Shown: positions 39,671 to 47,955 of the stretch, one piece after another
Numbering within the stretch: the first letter of the stretch is position 1
Layout of the letters: every line of letters starts with the position of its first letter
Assembly (NCBI GenBank): GCA_046155425.1
Contig: JBJXFM010000887.1
Coordinates: 1 to 52,934 of the forward strand
Length of the DNA: 52,934 bases
Origin: Blastocatellia bacterium
GTDB lineage: Bacteria; Acidobacteriota; Blastocatellia; RBC074
Reading direction: 5' to 3'
Position numbers and translations under genes: made by a program
The notes under the pieces: model-generated
Seen by the model: the letters and a program-made list of their open reading frames with translations, nothing else
What the model was told of the DNA's origin: nothing
The model's database searches: none

Positions 39671-40096
39671 ATGCCGATCAGATTACAACTGTCGGAAACA
39701 CGCTATGTGGTCGTCAGTCTGCCGCCGTCGCAATTCGTGGCGGCGCTGGACGCCGCGCGCGCGGCGCCGGAATTCCTCTCGATCATCCGCGATGAAAAGG
39801 AAGTCACGCTGATCCTCGCGCGCGAACACTGGCTGGGGATTGCCGCGCAATTCCCCGCGGCTCGCGCCCAGGACAACTGGCGCATGATTTATTTCGACAC
39901 GGTCATGGATTTCAACGTCGTCGGCTTCATCGCCGAAATCAGCCGCGCCCTGGCCCGCGAGGGCATCAGCATTCTGACCGTCTCGACATACAGCACCGAT
40001 ATGGTGCTGGTCAGCGAAAACCGGTACGAGGACGCGGTCGCCGCCGTCAAACGCGCGCTGATCGCCTTTACGCACACGCATCTTTCACAACACTGA
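39671..40096 (+). CDS. ACT domain protein (ACT_7/CASTOR-like)
   Basis: SIIRDEKEVTLI, WRMIYFDTVMDFNVVGFIAEISRALAREGISILTVSTYSTDMVLV. Confidence 0.82.
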   Translation: MPIRLQLSETRYVVVSLPPSQFVAALDAARAAPEFLSIIRDEKEVTLILAREHWLGIAAQFPAARAQDNWRMIYFDTVMDFNVVGFIAEISRALAREGISILTVSTYSTDMVLVSENRYEDAVAAVKRALIAFTHTHLSQH

Positions 40097-40169
40097 GCAC
40101 AACACTGCGCACAACACTGCGCACAACACCGCGCACAACACCGCGCACAACACCGCGCACAACACTGAG
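40086..40169. repeat. 12-bp tandem array, 7 copies
   Basis: CACAACACTGAG, CACAACACTGCG x2, CACAACACCGCG x3, CACAACACTGAG; the first copy contains the ACT gene stop. Confidence 0.95.
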
Positions 40170-40174
40170 ATTTC

Positions 40175-41371
40175 ATGGCAGAGCAATCATCCCCGCCACC
40201 TGAATTGCGGGGGCCGCAAACAAAGGCTGTATACACTTCGCGTGAGTTCAATCACACGCACGCCATCAGTCCGCCCATCTGGCAGACAACGACGTTCGCG
40301 GCGGAAAACGCCGAGCATTTTTTTGAAATGGCGACGCGGCCGCGGCACGCCGAGTTTTATACGCGGTATGGCAATCCGACGCACCAGCAGGTCGAGGCGA
40401 CACTGGCCGCGCTCGAGGGCAGCGAAGCCGCGCTGGTCACCAGTTCCGGCATCGGCGCGATTTTTCCGGCGGTCATGAGCCAGTTGCGCAGCGGTGATCA
40501 CATGGTCGCGCAGATCAACCATTACGCCGCCAGCACCGTGCTGTTCCGTGACATTCTGCCGCGTTACAACATCGAATGTACGTTCGTCGATCAGCGTGAC
40601 AGCGACGCCTTCGCCGCCGCCGTGCGGCCGAACACGAGGATCATCTACACGGAAACGCCGGTCAATCCGCTGATGCAGATCACGGACCTGCGGGCGATCG
40701 GGGCGCTGGGACGCGCGCACAAAATCGTCACCATGTGCGACAACACCTTCGCCACGCCGATTAACCAGCGGCCGATCGAACTGGGCATTGATGTCGTGCT
40801 GCACAGCGCGACGAAATATATCGGCGGGCATCACGATGTCACCGCCGGAGCCATGGCCGGTTCGCACGAGCTGATCGATCAGATATGGCGTTTCGCGCTG
40901 GTCTCGGGCAGCGTGCTCAGCCCCTTTGACGGATGGTTGCTGTTGCGCGGCCTGCGCACGCTGGAACTGCGCGTGCGGCAACACAACCAGAACGCCATGG
41001 CGCTGGCGCGGTTTCTGGAATCGCACACGAAAATCGAACGTGTGTATTACCCGGGGCTTGCCTCCTTTCCGCAACACGAACTCGCGCGCGGACAAATGGA
41101 TGGATTCACCGGCATGCTCAGCGTCGATGTCCGTGGCGGATACAGCGGCGCGGAAAAACTGCTGTCCAGTCTGCGGCTCGCGACGCGCGCAGCCAGTCTG
41201 GGCGGCTTTGAAACACTGGTCGTCCATCCGGCGGCCATGTGGAGCCTGCAGCTGACGCCCGAACAACAACGCGCCACGGGCATCAGCGAAAGTCTGGTGC
41301 GCATTTCCGTCGGGCTGGAAAACGAGCCTGATCTGCTCGCCGATTTCGCCCAGGCGCTGGGTCAGGTCTGA
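40175..41371 (+). CDS. PLP-dependent trans-sulfuration enzyme (cystathionine gamma-lyase/synthase or methionine gamma-lyase family)
   Basis: [58 protein letters not shown]. Confidence 0.93.
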   Translation: MAEQSSPPPELRGPQTKAVYTSREFNHTHAISPPIWQTTTFAAENAEHFFEMATRPRHAEFYTRYGNPTHQQVEATLAALEGSEAALVTSSGIGAIFPAVMSQLRSGDHMVAQINHYAASTVLFRDILPRYNIECTFVDQRDSDAFAAAVRPNTRIIYTETPVNPLMQITDLRAIGALGRAHKIVTMCDNTFATPINQRPIELGIDVVLHSATKYIGGHHDVTAGAMAGSHELIDQIWRFALVSGSVLSPFDGWLLLRGLRTLELRVRQHNQNAMALARFLESHTKIERVYYPGLASFPQHELARGQMDGFTGMLSVDVRGGYSGAEKLLSSLRLATRAASLGGFETLVVHPAAMWSLQLTPEQQRATGISESLVRISVGLENEPDLLADFAQALGQV

Positions 41372-41384
41372 CGCTGAAACCGAT

Positions 41385-41876
41385 ATGCCGGAAACTCTGG
41401 TGCGCCCGGCCACCGCCGCCGACAGCCGTGTCTTTCTGGATATGTTGTGCGAGTTCGCGCGGTACGAGGGCCTTGAACCGCCCGATCAGGCTGGCCAGGA
41501 ACGCCTGCTCCATGACGCCTTCGGGTCGCGTCCGCGTTTTGCGGTCCTGCTGGCCGAATCAGACGGGCAGATGGCTGGTTACGCAATCATTTACGAGATT
41601 TACTCTTCGTTCCTTGCACGTCCCAAACTTTATCTGGAGGACCTGTATGTCAGGCCGGCGTTTCGCGGCGCCGGAATTGGCCGCGCGCTGTTTCAAGCAT
41701 GCGTGCGCGAGACGGAAAAACGCGGATACGACCGTTTGCAATGGTACGTCGAGAGTTGGAATGACAGGGCGATGGGGTTTTATGAGCAACTCGGGGGGCG
41801 AAAACTGGGCTGGCAGACCTGGCAAATGGATTGCCGGGGCGCTGATTTCCGGTCGCCGGACGAACCAAAAAAATGA
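41385..41876 (+). CDS. GNAT N-acetyltransferase (SSAT/diamine acetyltransferase-like)
   Basis: FARYE, YSSF, LYLEDLYVRPAFRGAGIGRAL, WNDRAMGFYEQLG. Confidence 0.9.
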   Translation: MPETLVRPATAADSRVFLDMLCEFARYEGLEPPDQAGQERLLHDAFGSRPRFAVLLAESDGQMAGYAIIYEIYSSFLARPKLYLEDLYVRPAFRGAGIGRALFQACVRETEKRGYDRLQWYVESWNDRAMGFYEQLGGRKLGWQTWQMDCRGADFRSPDEPKK

Positions 41877-41899
41877 GGAGAGGTTTGTGGCCTCTCCTC
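41875..41899. terminator. Stem-loop at the GNAT stop codon; U-tract only on the minus strand
   Basis: GAGGAGAGG-TTTGTGG-CCTCTCCTC preceded by AAAAAAAT. Confidence 0.5.
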
Positions 41900-42355
41900 G
41901 TCAAGCTAGCTTTGCTGGGATGAAAACTGTGATGCGACCGGCCTCGCCGGATCGCATGCATTACCTGAAATTGCAATCGCAGTGCCACGATTTCCCGATG
42001 GTCTGCCATGGCAAGTAACTGCTTTTCCGGGCTCTGTTTAGCCTTTTTTCGAACGCGGTCATTTTTCCCCATAAAACGGGTTTGCATCCAAAATTTCGGA
42101 ATCCGCTTCAGTTTTTCGGAGAAGCGCTGAATTTCACGAACTAAAATATTTCTGTACCATTTATGTGTCGGCGCCATAGAATGCCGACAGCTTCGACGCT
42201 CCCCGTGAAACACACGGCCTGTGTGTCCGCTGTCCGGTCCATTCCCCTGATTTCGACAACCCACGGCATTTTCCATTGCCTGACGATGGCAATCATTCGC
42301 CCCTGGCGGCCTGTCCCGGCCTCAATCTGAGAAACGGCAACCCGGAGACATCATC

Positions 42356-43447
42356 ATGATGGAAGCTACAGAAAAATACGCTCCTGCCGTCCCCACCCCC
42401 GACCTGCTCGTGAACATGCCGGGCGCCAGCCTGACGGAAGAAGAAATGCTCAGCCAGGACGTGGTCACCATCCCCGGAGAAAATTTCGCCGGGAAATCCG
42501 TCTATGTTGGCCGTGGAATTGAAATGCCCGAGACTGCGCCATCCATTTCCCCCGCTGTTCCCCTCGCTGGTTCCATCGCCGGTTCCGTCCCTGGCTCCAT
42601 CCCCGGCGTGGTGATCGCGGGGGAAACAGAAGAGCAACGGCGCATCCGGCAACGTCTCGCTGAACTCGAGGAACAATACGAACGCCTGCGCGAACAGGAA
42701 CGCGCGCGCGCCGGGTTCATCAGCATGGTCGTGCATGACATACGTTCGCCGCTGACCGTGGTCATGGGCGCGCTGGACCTGCTCAACGAGGACCTCCAGG
42801 CCGGCAAGCCGCTCAATTACACCTATTACAAACACCTCTTCTCCGAATCGCTGAACAACTGCGGTGAAATCAGCCGCCTGATCGAGGACATGCTCGAACT
42901 CTCGCGGATGCGCGAGCGCCGTCTGCCGCTGCAATTCGAACTGACGGGATGTGAAACAATCATTGAACAGGCGACATCAATGGCGGCGGGTGTGGCGCGG
43001 CAGGCCGGTGTGCAGGTCAACAGCCAGACACACGGCGAGATGCCACGGGTATTTGTGGACCGCAGGCAAATCCATCGCGCGCTGATGAACCTGATCAACA
43101 ACGCGGTCAAATTCACCCCGCGCGGCGGCGAGGTCACCGTGTCGGCGCGCATGCTCGAAGAGCGGCGGCGCGACGCGGCTTATGACTATGTCCTGCTGGG
43201 TGTCACCGACACAGGCGAGGGGATGACGGCGGAAGAGACGCCCTATGTGTTTGATCCCTATTTCCAGGCGCCCAACGGACGGCGCAAAACCGGCACGGGC
43301 CTGGGCCTGACGATTGTCAAACGCATCGCTGTCGCCCACGGCGGCAATGTCTCCGTGCGCAGCGCCCCCGGTCAGGGCAGCACCTTTACCCTCATGATTC
43401 CCGTGCGTGACAGCGCGCCGGATGAAGTCATGGAAGTGCTGGAATAA
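42356..43447 (+). CDS. Soluble histidine kinase (HisKA + HATPase) with no recognisable sensor domain
   Basis: H-box VHDIRSPLT, N-box NLINNAVKFT, DTGEG, GTGLGLTI, GQGSTF; low-complexity N-terminus, no TM. Confidence 0.92.
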   Translation: MMEATEKYAPAVPTPDLLVNMPGASLTEEEMLSQDVVTIPGENFAGKSVYVGRGIEMPETAPSISPAVPLAGSIAGSVPGSIPGVVIAGETEEQRRIRQRLAELEEQYERLREQERARAGFISMVVHDIRSPLTVVMGALDLLNEDLQAGKPLNYTYYKHLFSESLNNCGEISRLIEDMLELSRMRERRLPLQFELTGCETIIEQATSMAAGVARQAGVQVNSQTHGEMPRVFVDRRQIHRALMNLINNAVKFTPRGGEVTVSARMLEERRRDAAYDYVLLGVTDTGEGMTAEETPYVFDPYFQAPNGRRKTGTGLGLTIVKRIAVAHGGNVSVRSAPGQGSTFTLMIPVRDSAPDEVMEVLE

Positions 43448-43450
43448 AGT

Positions 43451-44476
43451 TCATTCCCTGGCTTTCCCGCCCTGGGCGCGCAACCGCGCCAGCAAATCCC
43501 GCATGTCATCCGGCAACGGCGCCTCGAATTTCATGACCTTGTTGTCACGCGGGCCATGAAATTCCAGCGCCTGCGCGTGCAGCGCCTGGCGCGATAAACC
43601 GATCTCGAACACCGTGCCCCGCTTCCCCACTCCGCCGAGCTCTTCCCGCGAATAGATTTTTTCCCCGACAACCTGATGCCCATGCAACGCGGCCTGGGCG
43701 CGAATCTGGTGTTGCCGTCCGGTCACAAGGCTGATTTCCAGCAATGACGCGCGGGCAATCTCCCGCGCCGGCTCACCGGGCAGCACGCGCGGCGCCGCTT
43801 CCCTGAATGTTTCCAGGACACGGTAATGGCTGATCGCCTCGCGCGCCTCGGGCGCGTCCTCGCGCGAGGGCCGTTGCGCGAGATATTTCCGGTCCCACCA
43901 CAAATAATCACGCCATATGCCCTGGTCCGGTCGTGGACAACCGTGCACCGCCGCCAGATATATCCGCCGCGGCGCGCGGTGCAGGAATTGTTTTTTCAGT
44001 TGCGCCTGCGCGCGGCCATTTTTGGCGAACACCACCAGCCCCGAGGTCTCGCGGTCAATCCGGTGAACGACCAGGGCATGCGCGCGGCCGGAGCGCAGAT
44101 GGTTTTCCACCAGCCGTTCCAGCGATTCCGCCTCCGCCTCGTTATCGGTTTTCACGGTCAGCAAACCGGCGGGTTTGTTGAGGACGATGAGATCGTCGTC
44201 CTCAAAAACGATGTGCAATCCATGCGCGCGGCGGTTGATCACGGGGCGGCGCGCGGCGCTGCCGGGCCGGTTCATCCAGATGCGCACGGCCTCGCCCGCG
44301 GACAAAGGGCGTCCGGCGTCGGCCACGGTCATTTCCCCGGCGCCCAGAAAAATGCGGCCGCGCGCAATCGCCTCCAGCGCGCGTGATCGCGATCCCAGGC
44401 GCCCGGACGCCGCAAGCCATTTATCGAGACGCTGTCCCGCCTCTTCCGGCGCGACACTTATGGTCTGGTCATTCAT
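43451..44476 (-). CDS. RluA/RluD family pseudouridine synthase with S4 domain
   Basis: RLDKWL S4 start, LNKPAGL, catalytic VHRIDRETSGL, TGRQHQIR, RQALHA. Confidence 0.93.
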   Translation of the reverse strand: MNDQTISVAPEEAGQRLDKWLAASGRLGSRSRALEAIARGRIFLGAGEMTVADAGRPLSAGEAVRIWMNRPGSAARRPVINRRAHGLHIVFEDDDLIVLNKPAGLLTVKTDNEAEAESLERLVENHLRSGRAHALVVHRIDRETSGLVVFAKNGRAQAQLKKQFLHRAPRRIYLAAVHGCPRPDQGIWRDYLWWDRKYLAQRPSREDAPEAREAISHYRVLETFREAAPRVLPGEPAREIARASLLEISLVTGRQHQIRAQAALHGHQVVGEKIYSREELGGVGKRGTVFEIGLSRQALHAQALEFHGPRDNKVMKFEAPLPDDMRDLLARLRAQGGKARE

Positions 44477-44572
44477 CTTTATCCTGTTCTGTGTTCCTGT
44501 TTTTGCAATGTCACTGCGTACTGTTTACTATGCCGGGGTTTTCCAGGCAAATACGTTTCCATCCCGCACGAC

Positions 44573-45361
44573 ATGAACCTGCTGCATCTGGGCATCATTT
44601 TCGGGGCCGGTTGTCTCGCCGGCATTATGAATTCCATCGCCGGTGGCGGCACGCTGATCACGTTCCCCGCGCTGGTCTGGCACGGTCTGCCGCCGGTCAC
44701 CGCCAATGCGACCAATAGTTTCGCGCTGTGGCCAGGCTCGCTCAGCGCCGCCTGGGGCTATCGGCACGAACTCGGCCCGGGCGAGAAAAAATATCTGCGC
44801 CTGCTCGTCCCCAGTCTGGCCGGCGCCATCATTGGCGCGATCCTTCTGCGAATGACGCCCGACCGCCTGTTTGCGCGCATCATCCCTTTTCTGGTCCTGC
44901 TCGCAACCCTCCTGTTTATGGCGCAGGAACCGATGCAACGCTGGCTGCGTTCACGCCGTGCGGAACCGCCACAAACCAGCGTCACGGACACCGCGCCGAC
45001 AACCCGCTGGACCATCCAGGCCTGGCTGGCGCAGTTTCTGACCGGCATTTACGGCGGATATTTCGGCGCGGGCATGGGCATTATCATGCTGGCGACGCTG
45101 GGCATGATCGGCCTGACCGACATTCACAAAATGAACAGCGTCAAAAACATTCTCGGCTTCTGCATCAATTTTTCCGCCGGCCTGTGGCTCGCCTACGCCG
45201 GTCTGGTGCGCTGGCCCGAAGCGCTTGTCATGATGGCCGGCGCGATCATTGGGGGATATTTCAGCGCGGGCGTGGCGCAACGTCTGGGCCGCCAGTTCGC
45301 GCGGCGCGCCGTGATCGTGATCGGCTTTCTGCTGTTCGCGCTGTTGCTGTTCAAAAGCTGA
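44573..45361 (+). CDS. TSUP/TauE/SafE family membrane protein
   Basis: AGIMNSIAGGGTLITFPAL, ANATN, GIYGGYFGAGMG; about 8 TM helices. Confidence 0.9.
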   Translation: MNLLHLGIIFGAGCLAGIMNSIAGGGTLITFPALVWHGLPPVTANATNSFALWPGSLSAAWGYRHELGPGEKKYLRLLVPSLAGAIIGAILLRMTPDRLFARIIPFLVLLATLLFMAQEPMQRWLRSRRAEPPQTSVTDTAPTTRWTIQAWLAQFLTGIYGGYFGAGMGIIMLATLGMIGLTDIHKMNSVKNILGFCINFSAGLWLAYAGLVRWPEALVMMAGAIIGGYFSAGVAQRLGRQFARRAVIVIGFLLFALLLFKS

Positions 45362-45385
45362 GGCCGGCATGTGGGATTCCCGCGG

Positions 45386-46387
45386 ATGAAAATCGCCATC
45401 CTCATTTCTTCCTATGACGGGTCGCAGGTTCAGTTCAGGGATCTGGACCCGGAATATGATCCGTCGCCATATCTGCCCGCGGACGAATGCACGGTTTTCC
45501 GCATTCTGAAGGCGACCGCTGTCCGCCAGGTCAGCGACATCGCGCGGCGGGGATTCGACGTCATCATCAATTTATGTGACGGCGCATTGGATGAGGACCG
45601 CGCGGGGATCGAGGTCGTCCGGACGCTGGAACGCATGGATATCGCCTTTACCGGCGCGGGCGCGGCATTTTATGACCCGACGCGCGAGGCGATGAAGATG
45701 GCCTGTCATGCCGCCGGCCTCCTGTTCCCCGCCTATGTCATGGCGCGGGAACCAGCGGATGTGGACCGCGCCCTCGCCTGTTTGCGGTTCCCGCTGCTCG
45801 TCAAACACCCGCACGGCTATTCAAGCCTGGGACTGACCCGCGATTCGCGCGTCACGCACACGGATGCGCTGCGCCGCGAAACCGCGCGGACGATCGGACA
45901 GTTTGGCGCCGCGCTGATCGAGGAGTTTATCGAGGGGCGCGAGTTCACGGTGCTTGTCACCGAACCGCGTGACGAGCACGAACCAGCGTGGGTCCTGACG
46001 CCGGTCGAGTTCTGTTTCCCGGCCGGTGAAACGTTCAAGCACTTCGACCTGAAATGGAAGGAATTCGCGCGCATGGAAACGCGCGCCGTCACGGACACAG
46101 CGCTGGTGGCGCGTCTGGCTGACATCGCCGGTCGAACCTTCACCGCGCTCGGCGGATCGGGATATGGGCGTTGCGATCTGCGAATGGACAAGTCAGGGGC
46201 CATATACGTGCTGGAGATCAATCCGAACTGTGCGGTGTTTTATCCGCCCGGCCAGTTCGGCAGCGCTGATTTCATTCTGTCGCATGATCCGGCGGGGCAT
46301 CGCGGGTTTCTCGATCATTTATTGCGCCGCGCCGCGCGCCGTCGTGACCGCCGGCAAAGCGTGTCCGCAGAAAGATCCGACACATGA
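45386..46387 (+). CDS. ATP-grasp ligase, D-Ala-D-Ala ligase-like
   Basis: FPLLVKH...SSLG, LIEEFIEGREFTV, YGRCDLR, LEINPN; lacks the Ddl N-terminal GGxSxE motif. Confidence 0.85.
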   Translation: MKIAILISSYDGSQVQFRDLDPEYDPSPYLPADECTVFRILKATAVRQVSDIARRGFDVIINLCDGALDEDRAGIEVVRTLERMDIAFTGAGAAFYDPTREAMKMACHAAGLLFPAYVMAREPADVDRALACLRFPLLVKHPHGYSSLGLTRDSRVTHTDALRRETARTIGQFGAALIEEFIEGREFTVLVTEPRDEHEPAWVLTPVEFCFPAGETFKHFDLKWKEFARMETRAVTDTALVARLADIAGRTFTALGGSGYGRCDLRMDKSGAIYVLEINPNCAVFYPPGQFGSADFILSHDPAGHRGFLDHLLRRAARRRDRRQSVSAERSDT

Positions 46388-47886
46388 AAATCGCCATCCT
46401 GAATCCTCATTACGCGGATTCCGATCTGCCGTTTGTCGAATATGACCCGGCATGCGATCTGACCCCGTTTCTGACCGGATACGAGCACAAAAACTTTTCC
46501 ATTACCAAAGACAAGGCCGTGCGCCAGGTCGCCGACATCGCCCGCCAGGGTTTCGATGTTTTCATCAATCTGTGCGATGGCTCCTGGGAAGATGACAGCC
46601 CCGGCATCGAGGTCGTGCAGGCGCTGGAACGCATGAACCTGGCGTTCACCGGCGCCGGCGCCGGCTTCTATGACCCCTCGCGCGAAGCCATGAAAATGGC
46701 CTGCCATTCCGTTGGTGTCCTCTTCCCCGCATATGTTTTCGCGCGTCAGCCGGCGGACACCGAACGCGCGCTGGCCGGGTTGCGCTTCCCCCTGCTCGTC
46801 AAACATCCGCACGGACATTCGAGCATGGGCCTGACACCTGACTCGCGCGTCACCAATGCCGACGCCCTGCGCCGGGAAACCGCGACGATGATGGACCGCT
46901 ATGGCGCGGCGCTGATCGAGGAATTCATCGAGGGCATTGAATACACCGTGCTCGTCACCGAGCCACCCGACAAAACGGAAACCGCATGGACCTTTCCGCC
47001 GGTCGAGTTCCGGTTTCCCGCGGGCGAAACCTTTAAGCACTTCGATCTGAAATGGAAGGAAGGCAGCTGGGACACGGAAATGCATGTGGTCACTGACACG
47101 GCGCTGGCGGCGCGTCTGCGCGAAACCGCGGCGCTGACCTTCAACGCCCTCGGCGGAAACGGATATGCGCGCTGTGATCTGCGCATGGACGCGGCGGGCG
47201 ATATTTACCTGCTGGAAATCAACCCGAACTGCGCGGTGTTTTATGAGCAGGGCTATTACGACAGCGCCGATGTCAGCCTGGCCGCCGACCCCGCCGGACA
47301 TCGCGGGTTCCTGGAGCATCTGCTGCAATGCGCCATCCGCCGCCGTGACCGCGCCATCAGGCCCTGGGAAGTTCGTTTTCGCCGTGGCCTCGGTTTTGGC
47401 ATGTATGCCACACGCGCCCTGGCCGCCGGGGAAATCGCCATCAAGTACGAAGAGCGCCCGCATTTCCTCGCCTCGCGCCGCCATGTGCAGCGGCAGTGGA
47501 CGGACATCAAACGACAATGGTTCGAACATTACGCGTGGCCGGTCACCAGCGATCTGCACGTCCTGTGGAGCGATAACCCGGAAGACTGGCGGCCGATCAA
47601 TCATGCCTGTGATCCGAACACGTGGCTGGAAGGGCTGGATCTGGTGGCGCGCCGCGAGATCGCGCCGGGGACCGAGCTGACAGTGGATTACGCGACTTTC
47701 TGCGGTCCCGGCATGGCGGCGTTCGAATGCCGCTGCGGCGCGCCTGACTGCCGCCGCGTGATCATGGGCAGCGATCACCTCCTGCCTGAAATTCAGCGGC
47801 GCTATCACGATCACGTCTCGGATTATGTACGCACGGCATGGCACAATACCGGACCTGGCCAGCGCCCGCCTGACGAAGCGGAATAA
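46384..47886 (+). CDS. ATP-grasp ligase fused to a C-terminal SET + post-SET domain
   Basis: First ~330 aa colinear with the upstream ATP-grasp; then GFGMYATR, INHACDPN, ARREIAPGTELTVDY, CRCGAPDCR. ATGA overlap with the upstream gene. Confidence 0.88.
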   Translation: MKIAILNPHYADSDLPFVEYDPACDLTPFLTGYEHKNFSITKDKAVRQVADIARQGFDVFINLCDGSWEDDSPGIEVVQALERMNLAFTGAGAGFYDPSREAMKMACHSVGVLFPAYVFARQPADTERALAGLRFPLLVKHPHGHSSMGLTPDSRVTNADALRRETATMMDRYGAALIEEFIEGIEYTVLVTEPPDKTETAWTFPPVEFRFPAGETFKHFDLKWKEGSWDTEMHVVTDTALAARLRETAALTFNALGGNGYARCDLRMDAAGDIYLLEINPNCAVFYEQGYYDSADVSLAADPAGHRGFLEHLLQCAIRRRDRAIRPWEVRFRRGLGFGMYATRALAAGEIAIKYEERPHFLASRRHVQRQWTDIKRQWFEHYAWPVTSDLHVLWSDNPEDWRPINHACDPNTWLEGLDLVARREIAPGTELTVDYATFCGPGMAAFECRCGAPDCRRVIMGSDHLLPEIQRRYHDHVSDYVRTAWHNTGPGQRPPDEAE

Positions 47887-47955
47887 CCCGGCGCTGACCG
47901 GACGACGCCCCCGGCAAATTTTATGTGTATGCCCCACTGACAACCGAGAGACATC

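Noticed and set aside
40094-40168. Selenocysteine readthrough of the two in-frame TGA codons
   Set aside because: The TGAs are part of a tandem repeat unit, not a redox motif, and no SECIS-like hairpin was recognised.
41650-42276. 208-aa minus-strand ORF in the GNAT-kinase gap
   Set aside because: It overlaps the GNAT gene by over 200 bp, has no motif and shows atypical composition.
30415-47886. Coordinated chromatin-like writer/eraser system (HDAC, two SET domains, GNAT)
   Set aside because: The genes lie in separate transcription units up to 17 kb apart, and each family is common in large bacterial genomes.
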